Positions 1-10,726 of a stretch of DNA of 64,000 nucleotides are shown here, piece by piece. How positions within the stretch are numbered: position 1 is the first letter of the stretch; each line of letters starts with the position of its first letter. The notes under the pieces were generated by a model. It was given only the letters and a program-made list of their open reading frames with translations, was not told where the DNA came from and did no database searches. The stretch is from Candidatus Oxydemutatoraceae bacterium (GTDB lineage Bacteria > Pseudomonadota > Gammaproteobacteria > Poriferisulfidales > Oxydemutatoraceae). The position numbers and the translations under genes were made by a program. Location of the stretch: NCBI GenBank assembly GCA_965220085.1, contig CBDCOZ010000003.1:1152001-1216000 (forward strand), written 5' to 3'.

Positions 1-1
1 C

Positions 2-580
2 ACCGTTGATATAAATAAGAGCTACCGGGTTGGCGGGCACCGACTCGCCCATGCGGGGCATTTCATTTATTTGGACGGTGTTCCTGTCGCGTCCGCCACG
101 ATTAATAACCTGCAAGGTGCGGTGGAGAGTGCGACCGGGATATGGATAGTCGGCGACAACAAACTCTGGATAATATCAAAACGCGGAGAGGTGTTGGATG
201 AGCTCTCGGCGCTGAGCGGATTGCCCGGTCTGGTGACCGGAATCGGACAAGATGCAAGAGGCAATATCATTGTCAGCGGGTTGCGCAATAACTGGCAGGT
301 CGAAGGAAGCATTGATGGTGATACGAGCGACTGGAAAGTTTATGCCGGACATCAAGTCAGATGGTCTGTGTCCGACAGCACACCTCGGGCGGCGTTGGCA
401 CATAGAGAGGCGATACGCACACATGCTCGCAACCACTTAATCAGCATTGAACGCGTCTTACTTGATTTGCACAGCGGTCGCCTGTTCGGCGCCGCGGGCG
501 TGTTGGTTGCCGATGCGGCTGCCTTCTTGTTGCTGTTCATTTCTGTGACAGGCATTCTCCTGTGGCTGCAAAGAAAGTAA
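2..580 (+). CDS. PepSY-associated TM helix domain protein (5'-partial)
   Basis: Frame is open from the window edge; C-terminal ERVLLDLHSGRLFG...SVTGILLW matches the PepSY-TM 'DLHSG' helix motif. Confidence 0.75.
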   Translation, partial: TVDINKSYRVGGHRLAHAGHFIYLDGVPVASATINNLQGAVESATGIWIVGDNKLWIISKRGEVLDELSALSGLPGLVTGIGQDARGNIIVSGLRNNWQVEGSIDGDTSDWKVYAGHQVRWSVSDSTPRAALAHREAIRTHARNHLISIERVLLDLHSGRLFGAAGVLVADAAAFLLLFISVTGILLWLQRK

Positions 581-718
581 AGTTTGGCGGCGCAAGAAAG
601 CAAACTCGCACCAACAACACTCCCCTTGCGGGGGAATATGCTTATACCAACTTTCATCTCCGGCACCGACACCAAAGCAAGTTATTCATACCGGCTTATT
701 AAATGAGATAATAAGCGG

Positions 719-2056
719 ATGAAAACCGATGCGGGATTATTTGAAACCGGGCGCACAGGCGAAGAACCACTCGCCGCCCGGATGCGCCCGCAAACGCTCG
801 AAGACTTTTGTGGGCAGCAACACCTGCTCGCTCCCGACAAACCGCTGTATCGCGTAATCCACAGCGGACGACCGCATTCAATGATCTTTTGGGGGCCGCC
901 CGGAACCGGCAAAACCACACTCGCCCGTTTGATTGGCAACCGTTGCGATGCTGACTTGATTGCAATCTCAGCGGTATTTGCCGGAGTCAAAGATATCCAC
1001 CGCGCGGTTGAACAGGCGCGCGCCGCCCCGCGCCGTTGCATCCTGTTCGTTGACGAAGTACACCGCTTTAACAAAGCCCAGCAAGATGCCTTCCTGCCCG
1101 AAGTCGAAAGCGGGCTTTTGACCTTCATTGGCGCGACGACCGAGAACCCGTCATTTGAATTGAACAACGCGCTGCTGTCCCGTGTTCGGGTCTATGTACT
1201 GAAGCGGTTGCAACACAAAGACCTGCTGCATTTAATTGCACGTGCTTTGGAGCACGATGCCGAGCTCGCCGCCGCCCGCTTGGATGTGCCCGACGATTGT
1301 CGCGAGTTGATTGCAGATGCGGCGGATGGTGATGCGCGCAAAGCGCTCAACCTGCTTGAGATTTGCGCCGGTCTCGCGCTCAGCGAAGCGGAGCAAGGGC
1401 AGGGTGCGAAGGTTGATATTGACACCGTGCGTTTTGCGGTCGGTGATCGCGTGCGTGGTTTTGATCGTCAGGGCGATATGTTCTACGACCAGATATCGGC
1501 ACTGCACAAATCAATCCGCGGCAGCGACCCCGATGCCGCATTGTACTGGTTTGCACGGATGCTGGACGGCGGCTGTGACCCGCTGTACATCGCACGCCGT
1601 CTCGTCCGGATCGCTTCTGAAGACATTGGCAATGCCGATACCCACGCATGGACTGTCGCACTCAACGCATGGCAGACCTACGAGCGCCTCGGCAGCCCCG
1701 AAGGAGACCTCGCAGTTGCACATGCGGTTGTCTATCTTGCCTGCACATATAAGAGCAATGCGGTTTATAAGGCCTTCAATGCGGTGATGAAGGACGTTAA
1801 AGACAGCGACAGCTTGCCGGTGCCCATGCATCTGCGCAATGCCCCGACCCGCCTGATGAAAGTGCTCGGACACGGAGAAGGTTACCGTTATGCGCACAAC
1901 GAGTCCGAAGCGTTTGCCGCCGGCGAAACTTACTTTCCCGAAGAGCTTGCCGGGCGCACCTATTACGAACCGCTGGCACAAGGGCGCGAGACCGGCATCA
2001 AAGAACGTTTAGAGCACTTCAGAGAACTGAACCGCAAAGCCCGCGCTGTTAAATAG
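719..2056 (+). CDS. rarA: Replication-associated recombination protein A (AAA+ ATPase, MgsA/RarA)
   Basis: PLAARMRP, Walker A GPPGTGKTT, DEVHRFNKAQQD, GATTENPSF, SALHKSIRGSDPDAALYW, VPMHLRNAPT. Confidence 0.96.
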   Translation: MKTDAGLFETGRTGEEPLAARMRPQTLEDFCGQQHLLAPDKPLYRVIHSGRPHSMIFWGPPGTGKTTLARLIGNRCDADLIAISAVFAGVKDIHRAVEQARAAPRRCILFVDEVHRFNKAQQDAFLPEVESGLLTFIGATTENPSFELNNALLSRVRVYVLKRLQHKDLLHLIARALEHDAELAAARLDVPDDCRELIADAADGDARKALNLLEICAGLALSEAEQGQGAKVDIDTVRFAVGDRVRGFDRQGDMFYDQISALHKSIRGSDPDAALYWFARMLDGGCDPLYIARRLVRIASEDIGNADTHAWTVALNAWQTYERLGSPEGDLAVAHAVVYLACTYKSNAVYKAFNAVMKDVKDSDSLPVPMHLRNAPTRLMKVLGHGEGYRYAHNESEAFAAGETYFPEELAGRTYYEPLAQGRETGIKERLEHFRELNRKARAVK

Positions 2057-3604
2057 TTATATTTTTACTGATGTTGTGATAGGCATCGTTGTGGCTTGTC
2101 AATTTATCGGTTAATATGAATTTTAAATATATTCATATTGCTGGGGAGGAGACAATTATGAAAATAAATTCTTTTGAGGCCAGGCACAGGGCAAGTCTTA
2201 CTTATCTTTTATTACTTCTTGTTTTCATATCAGCATCCATATCAGGTTGTACCTTTCCGCAAGCATATCACACAGTAACCCCTGACGGTAAGTGCAATGA
2301 CGAAGATGATTGCAGACGCTACTATCGTAAATACGCAGGATATGATTTGGCATTTGCTGAGTACACTGATTTCGGTAATGCTTATGACAATAAGAGAATA
2401 AATCGTATTATTAAAAAAATAGAGGAACACGCATATGGGGAAGGGGTTGTACTGGTTACTTTCATTCATGGGTGGAATCATAATGCAGATGAAGATGATT
2501 CACATTTCAAGGAATTTCATGAACTGTTAAAGAAGGTAAGTTCGAACGGTGAACTTCTAGCTGGGCGCCGGTTAGTCGGGCTGTATATAGGGTGGAGGGG
2601 GCAGTCTCTTTCCCTTTTTCCCTTTAAATATCTCAGTTTTTGGGACCGGGAAAGTGCAGCAAAATCTGTAGGTAAGGGTGTTTCAAAGCTTTTGGTGAAA
2701 CTGGACTCGGAGTTGGACATAGCAAATAAGCGTAGGACAACAAAGAATGCATCTATAACGTTTGCTCATAGTTTTGGTGCTCTTATGGCAGTTGAAGCCA
2801 TGGCTGAGGTATTGACTGAGGAGGTTGAGAGTACTACTTCTGAAATGAATGGTATAGGAGATGCTGTATTTCTATTGAATCCTGCGGTTGAAGCTAATCG
2901 AATACTCCATTTGTTTGAGAGTGTATTGAGCAATAAAAACCTTAAAACACAATATAATCTCCCTCTATTAGTTTCAATTAGCACAGATTCTGATTGGGCA
3001 ACACATTCTACTTTCTGGTTGGGAAAACTTTTTAGTCAGTTTATTTTCTGGAATCCAGAAGAGCTCCCCAGAGGCTATTCCACTAATAATATATCTGAAT
3101 ATGAGTTATCTAGAACGGCATTAGGAAATTTTGAGCCCTTTTTAACACATCGGCTGACACTGTTGCCTAATAATGACAACTCTAATATCAGAATAGAATT
3201 CCGTAAACCTTGCTGTAATTGTGAGGAACGCAAAGATTCTCAGGTGCATTCATATTGGGAAGACCCCCGTCGAGGTTCGTATTGGGAGTGTAGGGATACA
3301 TACCCTTTGTATTTTATAAAGACGGACGAAAATATCATGACTGGTCATAATGATATCTTTAATGATTCCTTTGTTACGTTCCTTCTGGCTATTCTTAATG
3401 ATGCTCTATATATACGTAATTCTCAGCGCTGGTCGTCCTTTGGTCAAAAGAGCTCAGATAGTAGAACGAGCAAGGGCTGTTCGCTAGAAGAGGTATCATT
3501 ACTAGCTTCATTAAGACTGGCTAAGGGTGAGGAGCAGTTTCAAAAATGTTTTGATGAGCGAATAAAAATGACTAAGGAAGAACTGAACCGCAAAGCCCGC
3601 GCTG
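2023..3604 (+). repeat. 26-bp direct repeat AGAACTGAACCGCAAAGCCCGCGCTG at 2023-2048 and 3579-3604
   Basis: Exact match read in both places; encodes ELNRKARA at the end of both rarA and the next ORF. Confidence 0.9.
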
Positions 3605-3612
3605 ACGATTAA
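2158..3612 (+). CDS. Putative lipoprotein, alpha/beta-hydrolase fold; AT-rich, probably acquired
   Basis: SD GGAGGAG before ATG 2158; lipobox-like SISGC; FIHGWNHNA and AHSFG nucleophile-elbow-like motifs. Confidence 0.6.
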   Translation: MKINSFEARHRASLTYLLLLLVFISASISGCTFPQAYHTVTPDGKCNDEDDCRRYYRKYAGYDLAFAEYTDFGNAYDNKRINRIIKKIEEHAYGEGVVLVTFIHGWNHNADEDDSHFKEFHELLKKVSSNGELLAGRRLVGLYIGWRGQSLSLFPFKYLSFWDRESAAKSVGKGVSKLLVKLDSELDIANKRRTTKNASITFAHSFGALMAVEAMAEVLTEEVESTTSEMNGIGDAVFLLNPAVEANRILHLFESVLSNKNLKTQYNLPLLVSISTDSDWATHSTFWLGKLFSQFIFWNPEELPRGYSTNNISEYELSRTALGNFEPFLTHRLTLLPNNDNSNIRIEFRKPCCNCEERKDSQVHSYWEDPRRGSYWECRDTYPLYFIKTDENIMTGHNDIFNDSFVTFLLAILNDALYIRNSQRWSSFGQKSSDSRTSKGCSLEEVSLLASLRLAKGEEQFQKCFDERIKMTKEELNRKARADD

Positions 3613-3628
3613 AAAGCAGTACCCGATA

Positions 3629-3662
3629 AAAAAGGGGCTCACCATTTGATGAGCCCCTTCGT
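3629..3662. terminator. Intrinsic terminator between convergent genes
   Basis: AAGGGGCTCA...TGAGCCCCTT hairpin with a flanking A-run. Confidence 0.8.
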
Positions 3663-3684
3663 TGCATACATTTAAGTATGTTGT

Positions 3685-4575
3685 TTAGAACGCATACTCC
3701 AGATTGATACCAACCCACGACTTATCGTCCAGATTCGCAGCTTCCTCTTCGGCTTCTTCGGCCTCATCAAGGTCACCTGCGGCTCTGGCTTCATCGGCTT
3801 CTGCAAGCTCATCGCGGCGTTGCCGACGGATGTCCTCACCGGCAAATACATGTCCGGCGTGAACGGTAACATACAGAGATCTGGTTACGGGCATAAACAT
3901 TTCCATACCGACTTGGTAGTGGTTAACCCCGTCGTACTCTTCGGTCACGAAGTCGTTGTCAAGCGCAACCAACGCGTAAGGGGTTATCGTAATATCATCG
4001 GCATGTATCTCACGGCTGAGTGCAAACACAGAGGCATAGCCGTTTTCCTCAAGGTCGTAAGTCACCTCAAGAGCGGCGGTCATATCCATCGGCAGGCACT
4101 CCTCACAAGCGAGTTCAACCTCAAGCTCGTGACCGTCATGGCCGTCTTCCTCGGCAGCTTTGCCGCCAAAGGTAAGGTAGGTATAAGCGACTTCAAGCTC
4201 AATCTCGCCTTCGGAATCTTCGCCCCATTCAATGTCCCACTCAATCTCTTTTCCAATAGAGAAGTTTGTTTCGTTGGCATTTGCCCCGTCACTTTGTCCG
4301 CTCCAGACACCGGCAAAAAAGCCGTTGTACTCGGCAACGAATTCGGTGGTGAACAGACCTTCACCGGCAAAAGCTTCTTCCTCTCTGCCTTCTTCGTCAT
4401 CAACATATTTTGATTGCCAACTGGCACTGGCACTGAAAGCAACATCGGATAAATGTCCGCTGCCACCATGGTCATCAGCAAAAGCTGTTTGCGTAAGTGT
4501 TAGTACCGCAAAACATGCGACTGAATACAACCATAAGCATGGCTTATCTTTTTCGTAGTCATTATATTTCTCCAT
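3685..4575 (-). CDS. Acidic outer-membrane beta-barrel protein
   Basis: Signal peptide (TAFA/DD), alternating amphipathic strands, C-terminal VGINLEYAF. Confidence 0.65.
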   Translation of the reverse strand: MEKYNDYEKDKPCLWLYSVACFAVLTLTQTAFADDHGGSGHLSDVAFSASASWQSKYVDDEEGREEEAFAGEGLFTTEFVAEYNGFFAGVWSGQSDGANANETNFSIGKEIEWDIEWGEDSEGEIELEVAYTYLTFGGKAAEEDGHDGHELEVELACEECLPMDMTAALEVTYDLEENGYASVFALSREIHADDITITPYALVALDNDFVTEEYDGVNHYQVGMEMFMPVTRSLYVTVHAGHVFAGEDIRRQRRDELAEADEARAAGDLDEAEEAEEEAANLDDKSWVGINLEYAF

Positions 4576-4843
4576 TGATATATATGGGTTTAAGTAGTTC
4601 GTTCTCTTCGTTTCCTCTAGAGAAAGGCGGACATTTTATATAGAATCTATACAATGTCAATTTTTTGACTCAAAGAAAAGTCATGTACCCGCAGGCAGTA
4701 ACCCATGAAATAAGCACTCCCACAGCGCGGGGACTCATATATACCGCTATTATCCAAGCCCACATATTATCCAAGCCCACACCCGGCTTGCTCCCCGATA
4801 GCAGGAGAGCCGACTTCAGGCTAATCTCGGGTAGTTAAACTTG

Positions 4844-4872
4844 TTGCTCTTTTCTACCGCTTAGGATACAAT
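4844..4872 (+). promoter_or_regulatory. Sigma70-type promoter for the stand-alone 23S gene
   Basis: TTGCTC-17 bp-TACAAT about 190 bp upstream of the 23S start. Confidence 0.6.
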
Positions 4873-5516
4873 TCGCTATCCAACTTTTTGAGATGGGGGC
4901 TGTGGTCTTCTGGCCGCAGTCGTTTTTTTACAACTGAATAATAGCCAAGGAATCGGAAAGTGTGATGCTTTCCGGTTTTATCAATTCACAAAAAATAAAG
5001 TCAAATTATTGTTTACGCAAAATAATCTTAAACATCTTTGAGATTGCTTAAGGTTATATGGTCAAGCAATTAAGTGCATATGGTGGATGCCTTGGCAGCA
5101 GAAGGCGATGAAGGACGTGGTAGTCTGCGATATGCTTCGGGGAGCTGACAAACGAGCTTTGATCCGGAGATTTCCGAATGGGGAAACCCGCCCGCTCCGG
5201 CGGGCATTTGCACCTGAATACATAGGGTGTAAAAGCAAACCTGGAGAACTGAAACATCTAAGTATCCAGAGGAAAAGAAATCAATTGAGATTCCCTTAGT
5301 AGCGGCGAGCGAACGGGGAACAGCCTTGCGCTCTTTAGCATTTTGTCTAGTAAAACGGTTTGGAAAGACCGGCCATAGTGGGTGATAGCCCCGTATATGA
5401 AAGACAGCTTGTGGAACTAAGTGCGCGACAAGTAGGGCGGGACACGTGAAATCCTGTTTGAACATGGGGGGACCATCCTCTAAGGCTAAATACTAACTGC
5501 TGACCGATAGTGAACC

Positions 5517-5547
<31 letters not shown>

Positions 5548-6230
5548 GGAAGGGGAGTGAAATAGTACCTGAAACCGTATGCATACAAGCAGTGGGAGCC
5601 GACTTCGGTTGGTGACCGCGTACCTTTTGTATAATGGGTCAGTGACTTGTTTTCAGTGGCAAGCTTAACTCCGAATATGAGGGAGGCGTAGGGAAACCGA
5701 GTCTTAAATGGGCGTCTAGTCGCTGGGAGCAGACCCGAAACCGGGCGATCTAGCCATGGCCAGGGTGAAGGTAAGGTAACACTTACTGGAGGCCCGAACC
5801 CACCTATGTTGAAAAATGGGGGGATGAGCTGTGGCTAGGAGTGAAAGGCTAAACAAGCCCGGAGATAGCTGGTTCTCCCCGAAATCTATTTAGGTAGAGC
5901 CTTGTGTTATTCACTTCAGGGGGTAGAGCACTGTTATGGCTAGGGGGTCGTCAAGACTTACCAAACCATGGCAAACTCCGAATACCTGAAAGTGCTATCA
6001 CAGGAGACACACGGCGGGTGCTAAGGTCCGTCGTGGAAAGGGAAACAGCCCAGACCGTCAGCTAAGGTCCTTAAATTATGGCTCAGTGGGAAACGATGTG
6101 GGAAGGCATAGACAGCTAGGAGGTTGGCTTAGAAGCAGCCATCCTTTAAAGAAAGCGTAATAGCTCACTAGTCGAGTCGGCCCGCGCGGAAAATGTAACG
6201 GGGCTCAAGCCATATACCGAAGCTACGGCT

Positions 6231-6469
6231 ACAGAAGGCAGACTTAATTTCATTACACTTATTTAATAGGAGGTAATACTATGGCAAAACATCCAAAGAG
6301 TGCGCCAAAAAATGCACCATCTAAAAACCCTGGTAAACCATCAGGGGGAGGACGGGGTAACAATCCCCCGCGCCAAAATCCTAATAAAAAGTAACATATG
6401 TGCTGCCAGAAGTGGTTTTCTAATTACTTCTGGTTAGCCATGCAATGTGAAATTAAGTCTGTCTTCTGT
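6231..6469 (+). other. 23S rRNA intervening sequence (IVS) at helix 45
   Basis: About 240 AT-rich nt replace the helix-45 loop between CGAAGCTACGGC and GGGTAGGGGAGCG; closed by a 22-bp stem ACAGAAGGCAGACTTAATTTCA / TGAAATTAAGTCTGTCTTCTGT (one G-U pair). Confidence 0.93.
6281..6394 (+). CDS. IVS-encoded 37-aa basic peptide MAKHPKSAPKNAPSKNPGKPSGGGRGNNPPRQNPNKK
   Basis: Perfect SD AGGAGGT at 6268-6274, ATG 6281, TAA 6392-6394, followed by a hairpin; below the ORF-track cutoff. Confidence 0.7.
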   Translation: MAKHPKSAPKNAPSKNPGKPSGGGRGNNPPRQNPNKK

Positions 6470-7096
6470 GGGGTAGGGGAGCGTTCTGTACGTCGCTGAA
6501 GGTGTGCTGTAAGGCATGCTGGAGACATCAGAAGTGAGAATGCTGACATGAGTAACGATAATGCGGGTGCGAAACCCGCACGCCGAAAACCCAAGGTTTC
6601 CTGTGCAACGTTAATCGGCGCAGGGTGAGTCGGTCCCTAAGGCGAGGTCGAAAGGCGTAGTCGATGGGAAACAGGTTAATATTCCTGTACTTCGCATTAT
6701 TGCGATGGGGAGACGGAGAAGGCTAGGTCATCCGGGCGATGGTTGTCCCGGTGCAAGTAAGTAGGGAGTGCTCTTTGGAAAATCCGGGAGCGCAATTCCG
6801 AGATACGATGCGGAGTTCCTTTTGGAGCGAAGTGACCGGTGCCATGCTTCCAGGAAAATCCTCTAAGCTTCAGATAATGCGGAACCGTACCGCAAACCGA
6901 CACAGGTGGGTAGGGAGAGAATCCTAAGGCGCTTGAGATAACTCGGGTGAAGGAACTAGGCAAAATAGCACCGTAACTTCGGGAGAAGGTGTGCCAATTC
7001 GGGTGAATGGACTTGCTCCAGGAGCTTGGGTTGGTTGCAATAACCAGGTGGCTGCGACTGTTTACTAAAAACACAGCACTCTGCTAACTCGCAAGA

Positions 7097-7135
<39 letters not shown>

Positions 7136-7178
7136 TAAATGATGGGGTTAGCTTCGGCGAAGCTCCGGATTGAAGCCT

Positions 7179-7262
<84 letters not shown>

Positions 7263-7524
7263 CGATGGCCATACTGTCTCCACCCGAGACTCAGTGAAAT
7301 TGAAATCGCTGTTAAGATGCAGCGTCCCCACGGCTAGACGGAAAGACCCCGTGAACCTTTACTACAGCTTTACACTGAACTTTGGACATATCTGTGTAGG
7401 ATAGGTGGGAGGCTTTGAAGCCGAGACGTCAGTTTCGGCGGAGCCAACCTTGAAATACCACCCTGATATGCTCGGAGTTCTAACCCAGACCCGTTATCCG
7501 GGCCGGGAACAATGTATGGTGGGT

Positions 7525-7566
<42 letters not shown>

Positions 7567-7690
7567 TACAAAGGTGTCCTGAGCACGGACGGAAATCGTG
7601 CGGTCAGTATAAAGGCATAAGGACGCTTGACTGCGAGACAGACACGTCGAGCAGGTGCGAAAGCAGGTCTTAGTGATCCGGTGGTTCTGC

Positions 7691-7744
<54 letters not shown>

Positions 7745-7773
7745 ACTGCCCAAGAGTTCATATCGACGGCAGT

Positions 7774-7851
<78 letters not shown>

Positions 7852-8221
7852 TGGTACGCGAGCTGGGTTTAGAACGTCGTGAGACAGTTCGGTCCCTATC
7901 TACCGTGGGCGTTTGAGACTTGAAGGAAGCTGCTCCTAGTACGAGAGGACCGGAGTGGACGTACCTCTGGTGTTCCGGTTGTCACGCCAGTGGCATTGCC
8001 GGGTAGCTATGTATGGACAGGATAACTGCTGAAAGCATCTAAGCGGGAAGCCTGACCTGAGATGAGGTCTCACCGGGGCTTCGGCCCCCTGAAGAACCCT
8101 TGAAGAAGACGAGGTTGATAGGCTGGGTGTGGAAGCGCAGTAATGCGTGTAGCTAACCAGTACTAATTGTTCGTGAGGCTTGACCTATAACACTTAAGCA
8201 AGTTTTGGAAGCAAGTTTATG

Positions 8222-8615
8222 GCACGCAAACAACACTCAGTTGTTTGCGGATTGTTTATGGTGCGCAAACACTCATATGCACACAAACAGTACTCAACTG
8301 TTTGTGGGTTATTAATTGTTTGCGGACTGTTAATGGTTTGCTGATTGTTTAAGGTGAGTCAAGTAACATGATTTGACTTCGTGAACTGGCTATACAGTTG
8401 TGTTTGAAGCCGTTGTGCAATTTTGCACAACGGCTTTTTTATTATTAAGCTTCATCATTGCGCATAGTTCCGCCTTCCCAAACGCCTTCCGACTATCCCT
8501 GCGTATGCACACAAACAACACTCAGTTGTTTGCGGACTGTTAATTGTTTGTGGGTTATTAATTGTTTGCAAATTATTAGTTGTTTGCGGGACGTTAATAG
8601 TCTGTAGGTTGTTTA
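8222..8615. repeat. CAAACAAC-hairpin plus degenerate ~18-bp TTGTTTGCGG..TTAA repeats
   Basis: Hairpins (G/A)CAAACA(A/G)...TGTTTG at about 8226, 8283 and 8512, followed by 18-mer runs; reverse copy at 32645-32693. Confidence 0.7.
8408..8441 (+). terminator. Intrinsic terminator after 23S; no 5S gene precedes it
   Basis: AGCCGTTGTGCAA-TT-TTGCACAACGGCT followed by a T-run. Confidence 0.85.
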
Positions 8616-8890
8616 TCAAGGCGTGCATCCGAGCGCCACGAATGCCCCCGCAAACCCGAAAAGCATGTGGAATATAGCGGTGTTTATAGCGGTTGCAAAT
8701 AAGAGTTGCCCCTTGTGGTGTAAACTTCCATGAGTCAGGACTTTGCATCTGCTTGGTTCAAAAGCAAATTAAGGAGGGAATGATGACAAGAAAAATTCAT
8801 GCCACGCCGATTAAAAAATTATCTTTGGGGCCGGATTGCGCGATGATGCTTCCGCTTACATCCGCTTTTGCGGCGCCTAAGATGACACGC
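8460..8890 (+). pseudogene. Diverged duplicate of the upstream region and first ~35 codons of the PQQ dehydrogenase gene at 11208
   Basis: MMTRKIHATPIKKLSLG...TSAFAAPK vs MMIRKIHITPIKKLSLG...TSAFAGPK; upstream DNA also aligns with 11003-11200. Confidence 0.8.
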
Positions 8891-8928
8891 AAGACCGAAG
8901 CTGTCGGAAGAAACCAAACGAAGGAGGA

Positions 8929-10551
8929 ATGAAAATGATTTATCACACAAACCGATGGTTGTTATTCGGGTGCTTGGTAATTTCCTGTGCGCCGGCTTTT
9001 GCCGAGGTTTCGGGGCAAATGGAATCTCAGGCTATGGAGTACCAAGCCGAAGAGATCAAAATTGCGGGCGCCGCAGCTCACGGCAACCCCTTGCGGTTGC
9101 CACGATTCAGCGAACAGGAAGAGCAAGAAATCCTCAAGTTAATCGAAGACAAAACGAGATTCTTTATCAGCATCCCCAGAGAGGCGAATGTCGGCGCCAA
9201 TCACTGGGAGAATGTCGGGCGAGAGGATGGCTTTGACATTTGGCAGTTACATATCTATTCGCCTGATGCCTTCAGCTTGCAAGTTGATTTTTCCGAATTT
9301 GCCTTGCAAGAATCCATGATGGTTAAGGTGTATGGAACAAGCGACAGCCAGATGCCTTATATCGGGGAATATACGAGCGCACGGGGGTACGAGGGCAATT
9401 TCACCTCCATATCCGTTCCCGGCGATACGGTGGTCGTAGAAGCATGGATGCCGGCTGGCAGCGGCGTAGTGGCGGATTTCCCCTTTAAGGTCAGGCGTAT
9501 TTATCATCAATTCAGGGACAGCGCAAACAATGTCAGGGGAGTGGAAAGTTTTTCGCTTAGCAATGAGCAAAGTCATTCTACATGCCCCCTTATAGACGGC
9601 AGATGTAATTATCAAGGTCAGCGATTCCAACCGTGGCGAGCCACTGTGCAAATGCGGGCTGGCGGTTATTCTTGTAGCGGAGCTTTAATTAATAGTCGGG
9701 GCTCTTTCCCTGCGGGCAGCGCTCTTGTTTTAACCGCTTACCATTGTATTGACAATCTGGCGGGCCCGGAAGCGGCAAGAGGCACACGCATAAATGCCAC
9801 GTTTGATATCGGCTCCTCACCTTGTGCGCCTGGTGATACATCTATTGCTGTTGCAAGTGGCGCCAGGTTTGTTGCCGCAAATGCGCAGGGTGATTACGCG
9901 CTATTGCTGGTTGAGAACATTGTAGCTACAGACCGAATAGTGTTTATGGGTTGGTCCGCCACAAGACAGCCTGTGAGATCAGTTCTTGACATATTTCACC
10001 ATGGGGAATCAATATCTACACAACAGTATGCACGGAGTGAAGTAACGGGTTTCTTAAGATCGGAGGGAAGGACGACCTCTGCCGGAACGCTTTTTTCCGA
10101 TTGCGGAAATTCTCCCGGCTGTTCACACTATGATCTCCACTCGGTAGAGGGGGGCATAAGAGAAGGATCATCCGGCGGGGGATACTTTATAAATGACAAT
10201 GGAACATTTCGCCTCAACGCTGTCGCTACGCATGGTAATAGGGCTACTTGCACACAAAGCGCTTCTTTGTTTCAGAAAATTTACGAAGATGGCAGGGTTC
10301 GGTGCGCCCTTGGCGGGGGAGGGTACGGTTATATTAGTCAAGGTCAATGCGATGATAGCAGACGCCCATCATATGCTGTTGACGAAGTTGTTGCCAGCGG
10401 CGGCGGCGGCGGAGGCGGTGCTATCTCGCTGACGGAGTTACTCGCCCTGTTTGGTCTTGTGGCGATTGTGGCGATGCGCCGTCGTGAAAGTCTTTTGCGG
10501 AAGCAACCGACTATTTGCGCAAAGAAAGTAACCCAATGCAATAGGAGATGA
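8929..10551 (+). CDS. Secreted trypsin-like (lysyl-endopeptidase-like) serine protease with GlyGly-CTERM anchor
   Basis: Signal peptide, pro-region, catalytic triad motifs TAYHC / GDYALL / EGSSGG, then poly-Gly, TM helix and RRR tail. Confidence 0.85.
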   Translation: MKMIYHTNRWLLFGCLVISCAPAFAEVSGQMESQAMEYQAEEIKIAGAAAHGNPLRLPRFSEQEEQEILKLIEDKTRFFISIPREANVGANHWENVGREDGFDIWQLHIYSPDAFSLQVDFSEFALQESMMVKVYGTSDSQMPYIGEYTSARGYEGNFTSISVPGDTVVVEAWMPAGSGVVADFPFKVRRIYHQFRDSANNVRGVESFSLSNEQSHSTCPLIDGRCNYQGQRFQPWRATVQMRAGGYSCSGALINSRGSFPAGSALVLTAYHCIDNLAGPEAARGTRINATFDIGSSPCAPGDTSIAVASGARFVAANAQGDYALLLVENIVATDRIVFMGWSATRQPVRSVLDIFHHGESISTQQYARSEVTGFLRSEGRTTSAGTLFSDCGNSPGCSHYDLHSVEGGIREGSSGGGYFINDNGTFRLNAVATHGNRATCTQSASLFQKIYEDGRVRCALGGGGYGYISQGQCDDSRRPSYAVDEVVASGGGGGGGAISLTELLALFGLVAIVAMRRRESLLRKQPTICAKKVTQCNRR

Positions 10552-10555
10552 AGAG

Positions 10556-10726
10556 ATGCCTGCTTATGCAACCAAAGATGTGCCTCCGGAAAAATTAGCC
10601 GACTACATAAAGAGGCTGAAAGCAAGCGGCGCAACCGCAGCTTTTGCTGATGAGCAACCCGATGGCAAGTACACCGTTACGTCAACATATCCTGACACGC
10701 AACCTGAAGAACATCCCGAAGAATAA
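10556..10726 (+). CDS. Small protein, 56 aa (MPAYATKDVPPEKLADYIKRLKASGA...QPDGKYTVTSTYP...)
   Basis: AGGAG SD 8 nt upstream; paralog at 24812-24955. Confidence 0.7.
   Translation: MPAYATKDVPPEKLADYIKRLKASGATAAFADEQPDGKYTVTSTYPDTQPEEHPEE

Noticed and set aside
4748-4781. 17-bp direct repeat TATTATCCAAGCCCACA upstream of the 23S promoter
   Set aside because: Real, but only two copies; consistent with the local slippage background and no function can be supported.
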